Positions 1 through 46,495 of a stretch of DNA of 64,000 nt are shown here, in pieces (the stretch's first letter is position 1; each line of letters starts with the position of its first letter). Source of the DNA: the human T2T-CHM13v2.0 reference genome, Homo sapiens; NCBI RefSeq assembly GCF_009914755.1, contig NC_060943.1; one strand, given 5' to 3'. Position numbers and translations under genes: made by a program. The notes beneath the pieces are model-generated. The model was not told the origin of the DNA. It made no database searches and worked only from the letters and a program-made list of their open reading frames with translations.

Positions 1-473
1 AAGGGGGCAGTGAAGAGAGAGCCCCGGGCGGAGGTGACTGCTCCAGTCGAGGCAGTGGCAGAAGGGGTGAGCAGTGAGTGATTGTGAGCGCCGTTTGACA
101 GCAGAGCCCACTGGCATTTCTTATGGTCTTGGACCTGGAGGTGTTGTCAGGGGAAAGGGAAGAGGTGCAATGACCCCAGTGTTGGCCTGAGCCACTGGTA
201 GAGGAGTGTGGAGAGGGGACCCTGTGCTCCTGGCCTCCCTCCCGTGGCCTCCGGCATGGGTCGACCTTGGCCGAGCGTGAGGCTGGTGCCACCTCAGCCT
301 CCCAGACCCTGAGTAGGGTTAACACCTCCAGACCCGAAATGGCCTCCGGTTGACCGGGCCCACTCCCCATCAGCCTGTCCAGCCAGCCAGCACTTACTGA
401 GTGCCTTCTGTGTACTAAGCCCTGCTCTGGGTACTTCCATGAGTCAACTCACGCCCTCCCGGCCTCAGGGTGA

Positions 474-1542
<1,069 letters not shown>

Positions 1543-1682
1543 AAGATCTGATGTCCCAACTTTCAAAGGTGGTCTCAGGCATCAGACTCTGGAATTCCCA
1601 GCTCCCATGTGCCACACCCAGAGACCAGACCCAGCCAGGCCTCCAAGAAGGGGACAAATGTGGGAGGCCATCACTGCCCCAT

Positions 1683-1688
1683 TTTATT
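1683..1688 (-). terminator. FCER2: FCER2 poly(A) signal
   Basis: TTTATT on + strand (AATAAA on -), about 390 nt past the FCER2 stop codon. Confidence 0.85.
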
Positions 1689-1764
1689 GATGCAGGCTGG
1701 ACAGGAGGACTCACCACCTGAGCTGGGGATACTCAGGTCCTGGGGTGCTGAGGAGATGGGGCTG

Positions 1765-1922
1765 CATCTGGAGAGGGTGCTGTTGGGGTGTACTCTCATC
1801 TGGAGAGGGTGCTGTTGGGGTGTACTCTCATCTGGAGAGGGTGCTGTTGGGGTGTACTCTCATCTGGAGAGGGTGCTGTTGGGGGCACTCCCATCTGGAG
1901 AGGGTGCTGTTGGGGTGTACTC
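1765..1922. repeat. 32-bp minisatellite, 5 copies, in the FCER2 3' UTR
   Basis: Unit catctggagagggtgctgttggggtgtactct starts at 1765, 1797, 1829, 1861 and 1892. Confidence 0.95.
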
Positions 1923-2077
1923 CTGGGAAGGCAGGGGCCATAGAGGAGCGGGAGATGTGTCAGCTGCCTCCGTTTGGGTGGCAGAAAATGTCACAGGGAC
2001 CTTTCAGCCACAAAGAGGCTTTTAGGCCGTGGTTGGGGGTCTTCAGGGTCTTGCTCTGGGCCTGGCTGTATCCATGC

Positions 2078-12785
<10,708 letters not shown>

Positions 12786-13462
12786 GGCGGTCCTGCTTGG
12801 ATTCTCCCGATGATGGAGCACTCACTCCCTGACAACGCAGTCCACTCAGCGGGCACAATCACAGCTCTGGCTGATTTGGGATTTAATGATGGTTAGGGTG
12901 AGCCATCAAATCCTAGTTACCAGCACAGGATAGCATCTGGGACTTGGTGGCACTCAGGGGCCATTTGCTGATTTTGTTTAGTCTACAATCTGGACTCACT
13001 AGCGTGGTTAGCAGGGAGACACAGCTGGTGTGGAGAGATAGCAGCCTGAGATCAGAAGTGGGGCACTCCAGAGCCCATCACACTTGAGCTACACAGCAGG
13101 TGCACCCATGAGATCTTGACAAATGGCTTAATTAACCTGGAAACTTCTTTCCTCATTCGTAAAATGATGATACCAAGAACACCTATACTGTTGGTTGGTG
13201 ATCTGTGCTAAAAATATCACCAGCGTTTATTATAATTGCCTTGCCTGTGTGACCTCAGCCAAGGATTCAACCATTCTCAGCCTCAGTTTTCCCCTCTGTA
13301 AAATGGGCTGATGACAGCACCCAACTCATGAGGCCAAGATAGGATCCAATGAGATCACAGCATACCTGAGGTTTTTGGTGCCGGGCTGCGCACAGTGGGT
13401 CTTCGGATTCTAAACATTTATGAAACATCTACTCTGTGCCACGTCCCACTGAGAAATGCTAA

Positions 13463-14240
<778 letters not shown>

Positions 14241-15043
14241 TAAGTCCCTTCTCTCGGAGCCTCAGGGAGGTGGGGTGTGGCGCGGCCAGGCTCTGATTAG
14301 CGGCAGCTCAAGCTGGCCCTTTTGACATTGTGAGAGGAACCCAGAGACCATCCTGGGACTGGAACTGTCCAGGGAGGCAGCTGGACAGACCTGAGTCCGA
14401 GTCCTGGCTTCTTCCTGGATGAGCAGCTCAGTTTGCTCATCTGTAAATTGGGAGTATTCAAAGCACCAGCACACAGTAGGTGCTCAGTAAACCTACTGGC
14501 AGGATGCTGGGGGACTGTCCTCATTCTGTGGGGCCTCTCTCAGTGGAACTGAGGTTCCAAGAGGGTAAGTCATTTGTCCCCATCACGCAGTGGTGGGACT
14601 GGAACTCAAACCCGGGACCCTTGAGCTGGGAGCCCATTTGCTCAATCATCTGGAGACATAATCTCATGGTGGGGTGTCTACTGGTAAGTGCTGGGTGGCA
14701 GGATCCCAACTCCAGGCCGTCCTTCTAACCCAAGAGGTCCTGCCTCTGCCTAGAGTCTTCCATGGCTCCCCAGGGCCCTCTATGATCGGCCCAGCGCACT
14801 CACCAAGCTCATCTCAGACCAGATGGCCTGCTTTCACTTCCCCAAATCAGGGACTCGAATGCCTCGAGATTCTGTCCACACTGCGGCCCCCACCCCCGCC
14901 CCCTCACCACCCACCACCTCCCTTCTCTGGTTGTGACCTCCTGCTGGTCATCCCTTGAGGCTCAGCCCAAGGTCGTTTCTTCCAAGGGCGCTTTGATCTC
15001 CACTTCCCATGGCCAACCCCCAACACACCAGATACGTACTCAC

Positions 15044-15138
15044 TTAGTGGAGTTTGGAGCCTGTGTCTGTCCTCCTAGTGTGTTGGGGTCGACCAGAGCG
15101 ATTGGCAGGGACCGTCAGAGACAGAGGTTTAAGCAGGA
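15044..15138 (-). other. FCER2: FCER2 (CD23a) non-coding exon 1; exon 2 spans 12764-12870
   Basis: Donor CCACTAA|gtgagt at 15044/15043 and acceptor ag|CCAGAGCTG at 12870. Matches the recalled mRNA 5' UTR; TSS approximate. Confidence 0.8.
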
Positions 15139-15149
15139 AGAGAGACACT

Positions 15150-15343
15150 TTCTTCTGAAAGTAGAGCCACTGACAGCTTCTATTTTCATAGACCTAAATA
15201 TGGGCTTGCCACCCGGATAACATTACACGCATGGCCTCTCCTGGTGCTCCCCACACCCGGGTGAAGTCCGTGTTATTATTATCTCCATTTCTCAGGTAAG
15301 AGAATTGGGTGAGAACTAGAGATGTTAAGCAGCAAGTTCCCAC
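15150..15343 (-). promoter_or_regulatory. FCER2: CD23a promoter: RBPJ/CBF1 (EBNA2/Notch) site and STAT6-type motifs
   Basis: GTGGGAA on - at 15337-15343; TTACCTGAGAAA on - at 15288-15299; TTC-N4-GAA at 15150-15159. Confidence 0.7.
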
Positions 15344-15758
15344 AGGGCTGAAGGAGGTGAGTGGTAGCGTCAAGATGTGAACCACTGTTACTGCACACTG
15401 AATCATACCACTATGGCCGATCACAGAGGGCCCTGGGGAGCCACGGAAGGCTCTAGGCAGAGGCAGGGCCTCTTGGGTTAGAAGGACGGCCTGGAGTTGG
15501 GATCCTGCCACCCGGCACTTACCAGCAGACACCCCACCATGAGATTATGTCTCTTGATGATTGAGCAAATAGGCTCCCAGGTCAAATGTCCCAGGTTTGA
15601 GTCCCAGCAAGAAAAAAGGGAAGAGGAGAGAGAGGCAGAGGAAGGGGAAAAAAAAGACAGAAGGAAGGAGAGGGAGAAGGAGGAGTAGGAGGGAAGGAGG
15701 GAAGCGGGGGGAAAGAAAGATACGTGAGATAATATTCAGGTCAAATATGGACAGTTTT

Positions 15759-18708
<2,950 letters not shown>

Positions 18709-20276
18709 TGAAAGCCCCCTGCCTGCTGGGTTCCTGCCAAGACTCAGCTCAAACACTAGGATGCTTTGGGGCCCCAAGGACCCAGTCACGGGACTGCCCC
18801 ACCCGCTTCCCCTCTGCGGTATTAATACGCCTCTTGCTCACTTCGGGGGAAAAACAGAAAATTGTGCGGATGTGGGCCCCAGATCTGTGGGTGTCGGTTC
18901 TTCTTTCAGATTTGGGATCCTCTGCATGTTGGGGGAGGCCGCGTCTCGCTCCTCGTTTGACCTAGGTCAGAATTCAACAGGAAGGAGTTTAGGGTGTCCA
19001 GCAACAACAACCCTCAACCATCTCCAGCTGAGCTCTCATCCCAGCCCCGGCCCTGACCGTAACCCCAGCTCAACTACAACTTGATCCCCTCACCCCACGA
19101 TGCTCTGATCCCAGCCCTAACCTCTGCTCTGCACAGGACGGAGGCACGTCCGCGGCTCTAATCACAGAACCCCCACACCTGGGACAGGGCCTGGCGCTGT
19201 GTCCCAACGAGATGGAGCCTGGCGACCCTGACTCTAACCCCATCCCGACACAGCCCTGGGCTTTCCTACCTGTTTAACCTCTCCTGGGGTTACGAAGGGG
19301 AGAAGGAAAGGGTGCAGGGGTGGGGAGGAAGGGCAGTAGGTGTGTCAAATCCAGGGGGGCTTCCAGGAGGAGGTGTGTTCAAAGCTGGGTCTCTCCCACC
19401 CTGCACTGTTGACTTTGGGACTGATGATTCCTCGCTGGGATGCTGTCCTGTGCATTGTTGGATGTTTAGAAGCATCTCTGGCCACTAGTCGCCGAAAGAG
19501 TCACCGTGGTTGAGAAGCGCTGCTTTGAAAACATGATTCCTAGATCACGCTTTATTTTGTTTTCATTGTGGCAAAATATACATAACATAAAATTTACCAT
19601 CGTAGCCATTTCTAAGTGCACCATTCAGGAGCATGAAACACATTCACACTGTTGTGCAACCATTACCACCATCCGTCTCCGGAACTTTCTCATCTTCCCA
19701 AACTGAAACCGTGTCCCCATGAAACACTCACTCCCTATTTACCCAACTCCAGCCCCCATGAGAGCTCCCCTTAGGGTCCTCACCCCCACCAGACCTTCAT
19801 GACAGCCTCCTTTAGGGTCTCCCTGAAACCCCTCCTCTGTGTCTTCCCTGAACGGCAACCACCTGCCCATATCTTCTCTCTGCCTACAACCATCCATGGC
19901 TCCCTTCTGCCCTGGGCCCAAAGCTCCAGCTTCCCATGTCCTGGAGTTCAAGGGTCCTGCCTGCTCAGGCCTGGCAGCTGGTCTCTCCAGCCACGCCCAT
20001 ACCTCTTCCTCCAAGACTCCACAGAGTGCCTTAACTTCACACAGTTCTGAAACACCAGGCTGTCTCCAAGCCTTCGCACGGGCAGCTGCTGCCTAAAGTG
20101 CTGAGCCAACCCACAGCACCAATTTGTATGGAAGCCTCCCTGCCACCCATAGTCCTAAGGCCCCCTCTTTTCCCAGCCTTGAGCTCCTGCACTGGATGGG
20201 CCCCTCCTGGGACTGGGGGCTCCCCAGGGGCAGGACCTATGCCCCACTCCTAGAAGGGCCAGGAGGGCGGCCCTGA

Positions 20277-21396
<1,120 letters not shown>

Positions 21397-21879
21397 TAGG
21401 GACTTTGGTGTGGGATCGTGTGTTTTTCTCCTCCGTCCCTGCTGATCTCATGCCGGTTTCTGGGTCTGCCAGGACAGTGGCGGGTGCTGCTGCTTTGCTG
21501 GACACACCTGGTCACTGCCACCACTGTGTAACCCCTGATGTGGGTAACTAAAGGCCATGGGTTCCCAGCCCAGCTGCACCCCTTTACCTGCTGTGTGACT
21601 TAATCCTCTCTGGGCCCCAGTTTCCTCATCTGTAAAATGGGGATAACCTCGTCTGTAAAATCTCTCACATAGGTTGCTGTGTGCGTAAAGCCTTCAGCCC
21701 AATGCCAGATATAGGGAGGCTCTAAAAATGGGAGCATTTTTAGTGCAATTTCCTGAAAAATATCTCTCACATAATTAAGCAGCTCCCAATCCGGCAGCCA
21801 GCAAGGCCCTGTGTGGCTGACACCTTCTCCTCTGTATTGCCCCCTCTGTATGCCCCTCCAGTGACAATGGCCTGCCTTT

Positions 21880-31700
<9,821 letters not shown>

Positions 31701-31835
31701 ACTACAGACCTTTCACGGTGTTCTATGCAATTGGTGTTGCGCCCCAGGGTTGTTACAGGTGTATTTCAGGTCTTACAGGGGCTTCTCAGAGCCCCTGGGA
31801 ACTCCAGGAAAGTGGATCTGTCTTGAGAATGCTGA

Positions 31836-32054
<219 letters not shown>

Positions 32055-32465
32055 TGAGTAGCTGAGACCACAGGCACATGCTACCACACCCGGCTAATTT
32101 TTTGTATTTTTGATAGGGACGGGATTTCACCATGTTGTCCAGGCTGGTTGAAAACTCCTGACTCAGGCAATCAATCCACCTGTCTCAGCCTCCCAAGGTG
32201 CTAGGATTACAGGCGTGAGCCACCGCACCTAGCCTGTTTTTTGTTTTATTTTATTTTGTTTTGTTTGTTTGTTTGCTTGTTTTTTGAAGTAGAGACAGGA
32301 TCCTGTTATGTCACCCAGGGTGGACTGCTGCAGTGACGTGATCATAGCTCATTGTAACCTTGAACTCCTGGGCTCAAGCCTCTTGCCTCAGCCTCCTGAG
32401 TAGATAGGACTACAGGCATGTACCACCATGCCCAGCTCATTTAATTTAAAATTTTCTTTTTATAG

Positions 32466-32594
<129 letters not shown>

Positions 32595-33072
32595 TAGAAT
32601 AGTCTTTCTGGCACCACCAATATTCCAGGAAAACAAAAGCCAACTGAAGGTTAAGGTCTGTTCCAGAAATAGGGATAGGCTCCAGGGATTCCTTTCTTCC
32701 CAGAGAAGTTGAATCTTGGAGTGGAGGGTGTGGCCTGGGGCCTGGGACCTGACTCTCTCATTTGGGGTCATTATGGGCCTTCTGGAACACTGGTGGGTTA
32801 CAGCCAGGCGACTGGGAGGTAGGGCTTGTGAGCTGATCATAAATGCAGATGGCAGGTGGCGAGGAGAGGACGGACATATCCAGGCCAGCCACTTGGCTCT
32901 CTGGGCTCCTGACCTGGAGCTCCCTTGGGCCCTGCTGCCCCCAGAATCTGAGCCTGGGGGTACCAGGGGCTCCAGGGCGTGCTCTGGCCATGGATAGGAT
33001 CCCAGGGCAGTTCCAATTTAACTCTGCTGTCTGGGGTCTCTGCCAGACTGGTGTGCGGTGGTACAATCATAG

Positions 33073-33495
<423 letters not shown>

Positions 33496-33591
33496 TAAGT
33501 AGAGATGAGGTCTTGGTATGTTGCCCCAGGCTGATCTCAAACTCCTGGACTCAAGTGACCTTCCCACCTCCACCTCCCAAAGTGCTGGGAG

Positions 33592-35478
<1,887 letters not shown>

Positions 35479-35666
35479 TATGAGACTGTTGGGTGGGTTT
35501 CAGGATGACAGGTGCACACCACTGCACTCAGCCTCTCTTCCTTCTGCCTCAGCCACAGCTGGCACTTTCTCAGCTCCATCCTCAGGGGAGATGCTGAAAC
35601 CTCTTGTGCCTGCCCGTGCTGTTGCTGTACATTTGTCACGACAGCCTGGCAGGGGCTCCCCATTGA

Positions 35667-36007
<341 letters not shown>

Positions 36008-36214
36008 TGAAGTCCGTCTGTCGTTCTGTCTCTGTTGTTCTTCATTCGATCCGGAGTCGCCACCTCATTGTCAGTATGTTTGATTACAATCTGTCTGTAT
36101 CATCCAGACAATCACTTAATCTGGCTCATCAAGTAGTTAGACCTCTAGGTAAGTATCTCACTGCTGTCCCACCTGGGAGTCTATCTCAGATGGCTCTGCC
36201 CTGTGCTGTGATGC

Positions 36215-40620
<4,406 letters not shown>

Positions 40621-42006
40621 CCTTAGACCTTGGTTTTTGCCCAGCAAAATCCATTACAGTAGTGGTGGGAAACTCAAACACTCCTCCAAGCCAACTGTGT
40701 CTGGAAGTCCAGCAGCCTGGCCCTCAGTCCAGTAGGCAAGTCAATAGGCTCCTGGACTTGCCCAGTGCCTGCTCCAGACTGCAAGTTTAGAAAGATCAGA
40801 GGATAGGGGGGTTGACAGGTTACAGCAGTGGAAGAGTTCCACCTGGCCAGGGAATGTGATGGTGTTCCTTCTATTTCCTGCTCAGCTGATGCTGTTATAT
40901 GGTCCAGCAGCCTGGGGGCTCCCAGCAGCCTGTAGTTCTAGACTCCGTTCTGCACAGAACTAAAAGCTGCCAACCTGTCACTCCCCTGTTGAACCTGTCT
41001 CCTTGGGAAATTCTTGGAGAGCCCCTAACTCTCCGAGATGGAAGCAAGAAACTGGGAGTGTAGGGTGAATTCAGATCAAAAGTCCCTGGTTGAGAAACCC
41101 AGGTTCTATGTAACATATACTGCTGTGTGAATTCAGCAATCTGTATACCTTCCAACCTCCTAGTATTCCTTTTTTTTGAGATATGGTGTCACTGCATTGC
41201 CCAGAATGGAGAACAGTGACTATATCAACAGGCAAGATCATAGCTCACTGCCGTCTCAAACTCCTAGGCTTAAGCAATTCTCCCACCTCAGCCTCCCGAG
41301 TAACTGGGACTACGAGCTTGCACCACCACACCCACTCTCCAAGCCTTTTTCTTCCTGGACCTTCTGCTTCCAAAGTCCTACCTTCCCAGCTTCATCTACT
41401 CAAAATTCCATTGTCCCTTGGAAAATCCACCTTCTCTGGAATGTATTTCCTGACTGACCCATCCAATAGTCACAGACCCTAGATGCACTGAGCAGAAGGG
41501 ACCTGCTCGTTCCATCAGGGTACCCTGTCCCCCACCTGCCTCAAGGGCCTGTCTCAGGATGCCCATAATCTCCACGAAGACGTGACAGTCTTCTCAAGGA
41601 CTGCAGTATCTCAGGATGGTCCCTCTCCCCAAAGACAAAGGTGGCCCTTCCAAATGCTTCAGGTGTCCTCTCCACACACTCATCCATTACATTACTGGTC
41701 ATTTTGTTCCTGTACCCCGCTAGACCAGAATGCAGCGGTCCCAGGGGAAAGGACTGCGTCTGACCCATTTCTGTGTCCCCAGCACCCTCTGAGCCAAGCC
41801 CCATGCCAGGGACTGAGGAAGTAATGGTGTAGAGTGGGAAACTGCCCCTACCTTCAAGCCCTCCTGGCCCAGGGCAAGTTACCCACCAAAGGCCAAGAGG
41901 TCACTGAGAGAGTCCAGGGGTCACTCGTACGGATTAAACTAGGACATCCGGAATAAAGCACAGAAGATCTCGCCAGAGCCAGGATCCTGGATTCATTTCT
42001 CAAATA

Positions 42007-42012
42007 TTTATT
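42007..42012 (-). terminator. CLEC4G: CLEC4G poly(A) signal
   Basis: TTTATT on + strand, about 380 nt past the stop codon. Confidence 0.85.
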
Positions 42013-42393
42013 GATGCTTCCTCAGGCTGCAAAAACAGCTTCCAGTTTGGTGGAAAATGCGAGAAAACCAAACAGCTCCAGTCCTCAGTCACCTAACCTT
42101 GGTTAGGGAGAGAAGTGGAGGCATATCACGGGGACGCAGGAGCAGGGATTTTGGAGCTAGTGGAGGTTAGGTTGGGTCTGCGTGAGTGGAGTTAGGATGA
42201 GGTCGGCATGGAGGTCCCAGAGCCCAGGCACTGGGCTGGACAGGGCTATGTTGGGCCAAGTGTTTCTGAGACTCAGCAGCGGTGGATGAGGAAGAAAAAA
42301 CTCTTTGGCAATCAGCTCCAGGAGCCAGGGAGGTGAGCAGCCCCCAGGATACGACATGCTGCAATGGGCGCGGCTCCAGGGCACTGGGCGGGG

Positions 42394-45130
42394 TCAGCAG
42401 TTGTGCCTTTTCTCACAGATCCAGCCGTCCTTCTCGCTGTCACACGGTGCGTCGTTCCACAGCCCCGTGTGCAGCATCATGACACAGTTCTCGCGCCCCC
42501 AAGCGTCATTGGGCTCTCCCTGGTTCCAGTGGCTACAGGGGGGTTGAGTGGGGGTGTTGCTGGGAATCTAGACAGAGGATGAACTCGGGGTCCCGCCTTC
42601 CTCTTCAGGCTCTAGCCTGTTTATTGCTTGGGTCTACTCTAGACACCCCAACTGTCTAACCTGAGTATACACCTGGTATATAACTTTTTAACGCCCAGAA
42701 TTTAACCTGAGGACAGTTCCTGGGGTCCAGCCTGCCCATCCCTAAGCATGGAGCCCCAGCCGAGGGGTCCCTGAGATCTAGCCAAAGCATGTCCTCTAGA
42801 GCCTAACCTGTCTCCCTCCCCAGGTCTCACCAGGAGCCTTTCCCTCACCTGAAGCTGAGAGAGACTCCGTCCACCCACTGGTAGCCCTGAACCTTGCCCA
42901 GATGGCGCACAGCCCTCAGGCCCAGCCAGTAACCACGGCCACGCGTGTTCCGAGTGAGGAAGCCCTAGAAAGGAGGGGACATCTGAGCCTGCAGAGTCCG
43001 CCCCGCCCTGCCCCACCGCCTGACCACGCCCCCTCCCCCTGCGCACCTGCTCATCCAGGCCCCCAACGATCACCAGGTGCGCGCTGGCATCTGCGCAGTG
43101 ATCCTGCGCCGCCGCCCACGTCGTCTTTGGCACAGAGAAAAAGTAGCAGGAGCCCTCGAAGGACAGCCACGACGTGGGGCACGGCTCGCAGGAGTCTGCG
43201 GGGTGGCGAGGGTCAGAGAGGTCGCGTGCTTCCAGGGGCAACGCACCGAGAGGATGCAGTGGGTAGGGGTTCGGCCCCGCGGGCTCAGGGGTGGAGACAC
43301 AGAACCAGGCCAAGGTCCAGGAGTGACAGGGTCCGCTTACGCCCTCACAGCCCGCCCCCGACCCCCCGTCTCGCTCACTGTTCTGGAGCCTCACGGCCTC
43401 CAGCGCCCGGAACAGCTCAGTGCGGACGTCCTCACGGCCCCTGCCGGCTTCAGCCAAGCCCTGGGTCACTGCGGGGTCAAGGGAGCGGGGATTATGGCTG
43501 GGGTCAGGGCCAGGACCAGGGTCATGACTAGCTAAAGGTCAGGACCCCTGTCTGTGGTCATTGTACCCTCGGTGCCAGCGTCCAGGATGGCACAGGGTCA
43601 AGGGCGGTTACAACTGGGCAGGGTCCGGGTGTGGCCGGCGCTAGGAGTGGCAGTCAAGGTCAGAGTGCAGCGTCAGGGTCAGGACGGGGTGCATGATCGG
43701 GGTCGGGGGTCAGCACTCAGGACGGGGTCGGGGTCGGGGGACGCGGCCAGGGCTCAGGGCCGGGGTCGCGTCGGGCCCTCACCGCGCTCACGCAGTTCCC
43801 GCAGGGCGCTCTCCTGCTCCATCAGCTTCGCCTGCGCCTCCCCAAGCTCCGCGCGCGTGGTCTGCAGCTGCGCCTGCGTCCCCGAGCCTGGGAGCCGCAG
43901 GGTGAGAGGGGCGAGGGCGGCGAGGATGGGGCGGGACTTCGGAGACCAGCCCCCACCCCGCACCACCCGCCGCAGGCCTCCGCCCCGGCCCCCCTCCCAT
44001 CGCGGCCGCAAGACCCCATCCCTGCGCCCACAGCCTCGACCGCGCCCCCTCACAGCAGCTGTGGCAGTCTCCGACCTCCTCCTTCAGGGCACCCAGCGCC
44101 GCCGTCTGCTTCGAGGCTGGAACGACCCCCGCCCCAAAATGCATGCCCCTCGGGTCACTTGGGAGGACTCAGGGGACCCCCTTCCAGCCTCAGGGACCAT
44201 AGGGCCCCCACGCACTCGAGACTCCATCTCCGGGGTCTCAGAAACTCCCGCCCCTCACGCCCCGGGGGCCCAGGCGCCCGGCTCTGCACACACCGTTTGT
44301 CCTCAGCAGGTCGTGGCCGTCAAGCAGCGCCGCGCGCTCCGTGGAGGCTGAGGAGAGAGGCTCCTGCAGGCGAGGCCGGGAACTCGGGAATCCTCCCCTC
44401 GCCCGGGGGGTGCAGCGTCCCCCAACTCGGGAGCACGGAGCGGGCGGGCAGGCATACAGCTCACACGATGTGCACACACGCCGATGGGAGACAAACGCGC
44501 GGGGACTCGCGCACATACGAGCACGCCATGTGCACACGCGTGAGTGCACACGGCCCAAAGATGTACACACACTCTGCTCACACTCAGACGCGAACAGGAC
44601 CCCAGGATGCAGCTGGTGCGCCATGCAGTGGGGGTTTTGTGTCCCCAGGGGGGCCGGATGCAACACCTCCCCATTGAGAGTCACTCACCCTTGGACAATA
44701 GGATACTCAGAATCACAGCCCAAAGGACTGTGGTGACCAGGACAGCCAGGGCCAAGAAGAGGGGTCTCCTGCTCCAGTGCACCCAGCGTCCCCAGGGCCC
44801 TGGCATAACAAGGACGGCATGCTGGGTCCCCCAGAACTGAGCCCTGGAGGCCTGAGTTACTCCCAGGAAACTGAGATTCAGAGAAGTTAAGTAACTTGCC
44901 TATGGTCACACAGCTTCTAAGCGGCAGAGTTGGAATTGGACCCTGGTCCAACTGGCTCTATGGCCTGTGGTGTCTCTCCTGCACCCACAACCCTGGCCTG
45001 TCTCGACTCTTCCCTCCCCTCCCCCATCAAACCCCAGACACTGGGGCAGGGATGGGGCAGTCTCCTTGCTCATACCTCCGGGGACCTCCTCGGAGCTGCC
45101 GCCCCACTTGCTGTACCTGGTGGTGTCCAT
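42394..45130 (-). CDS. CLEC4G: LSECtin, C-type lectin domain family 4 member G, 293 aa
   Basis: Exons 45076-45130 (MDTTRYSKW), 44689-44799 (TM), 44294-44347, 44054-44116, 43783-43887, 43379-43468, 43047-43195, 42849-42964 and 42394-42532 (EPN...WND). Total 882 nt = 293 aa + stop; all GT-AG. Confidence 0.98.
42900..44600. other. Intragenic CpG island over CLEC4G exons 3-8
   Basis: Visibly high GC and CpG density compared with the flanks. Confidence 0.75.
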
Positions 45131-45159
45131 GGCGATGCAGGCACCCAGTCCTGGGCAGA

Positions 45160-45168
45160 GATATAAAT
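45160..45168 (-). promoter_or_regulatory. CLEC4G: TATA-like element of CLEC4G
   Basis: Minus strand reads TTTATATC about 30-38 nt upstream of the ATG. Confidence 0.5.
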
Positions 45169-45364
45169 TTCACGCCTGTTCTCACTGGACCTACGCACTC
45201 CCTTCCTTCCTTCCCATTTTCTTGGCCTTAATTCCTGGCAACGGGAACCCATGGACCAATCACAGGATTGGGCCCTTTCAAGGCTGGGCTGGGCTGGGCT
45301 GGAGTGAGGCCGGGCGGTTCCAGCCTCCTGGTTCTGGCCACTGCAGCTCCATCCCCAGGCTGGT

Positions 45365-45467
45365 GCTGGAGGCTTCTCTTTGGAGCTTAGTCACCATCTC
45401 TTATGGGCCTGGGGCTGGAGGCTTCTCTTTGGAGCTTAGTCACCATCTCTTATGGGCCTGGGGCTGG
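45365..45467. repeat. Perfect 49-bp tandem duplication upstream of CLEC4G
   Basis: gctggaggcttctctttggagcttagtcaccatctcttatgggcctggg starts at 45365 and 45414. Confidence 0.93.
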
Positions 45468-45921
45468 GTTTTATCCCGCGAGGGACACACTGAACCCGAC
45501 CAAATTGTAACCCCTGCTGGCTCCTGAGAAAGCCCCCTCAGGCATAGCCCCCCAGGCCAGTTCAGGTCCCTTCTCAACTCCCCTGCAGGTGCCTGCAGAG
45601 GCTGGGTTTGAACCTGACCTTGATCCAGTCCCTCTGGACCAGAAGGGAACAAACAGGTTTGTTAGGGAGGTAGCCGGCGGAGCTGCAGGACTCTACCACT
45701 GTATGGGTTCTAGGTAGCTTCTAGAAGCCTTAGTTTTCCCCACTGTAAAGGAGTTAGCGATGGGCCTCTCTCACAAAGATGCTATGATAAAGAAACAAGA
45801 CAGTCTTGCTGGCTCACACCTGTAATCCCAGCACTTTGGGAGGCCGACACGGAAGGATCACTGAGCCCAGGAGTTCCAGACCAGACCAGCCTGGGCAATA
45901 TAACAAGACCCTCATTTCTGG

Positions 45922-45924
45922 AAA

Positions 45925-45983
<59 letters not shown>
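45922..45983. repeat. Poly-A plus (AT)n microsatellite (Alu monomer tail)
   Basis: Direct reading. Confidence 0.95.
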
Positions 45984-45987
<4 letters not shown>

Positions 45988-46261
45988 ACAAAAATTGAAA
46001 AAATAAAAAAATAAAGACAATGAGGTTATACATGTCTACCTAGCACCATTTCAGGCATATCAAAAACACTCAGTGTTCATGCATTCTTTCAACAAACATT
46101 GAGCACCTGCCATATGCCAGGCATTGATCTTGGAACTGGGGCCACATCAGAGAGTAAAATAAGCAAATTCCTCTCTTCTTGGAGCTAATATTCTAGAAGT
46201 GTGGGGAGACAGACTCCATACTCAACATAATAAACATAATTGAAAACATAAGTTGTATAGC

Positions 46262-46342
46262 ATAGTAGTTCTCAGCTGGGGGCAATTACGCCCACCAGGG
46301 GACATTTGGCTATGTCTGGAGACACTTTTGGTTGTCACAGAA

Positions 46343-46373
<31 letters not shown>

Positions 46374-46495
46374 TCCAGGCATCTAGTGGGTAGAGGCCAG
46401 GGATGCTGCGCAAAGCCCTACAATGCCTAAGACATCCCCCATAGCAAAGAATGATCTGACTCCTAATGTCCATAGTGCAAAAGGTGGGAACCGTA
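46262..46495. mobile_element. MER20-like DNA transposon containing a (TG)n tract (46343-46370)
   Basis: tagttctcagctgggggcaattacgcccaccaggggacatttggc...ggtagaggccagggatgctgc. Confidence 0.65.

Larger units (their letters stand above)
14599..15607. repeat. ~190-bp inverted repeat (arms 14599-14791 and 15415-15607) bracketing FCER2 exon 1
   Basis: Core 14641-14791 matches the reverse complement of 15415-15565 with 8 mismatches in 151 bp. Confidence 0.95.

Noticed and set aside
32918-32950. LELPWALLPPES as kinase subdomain VIII
   Set aside because: The other frame (RALAMDRIPGQF...SAVW) has better spacing to subdomain IX; the assignment stays ambiguous without an HMM.
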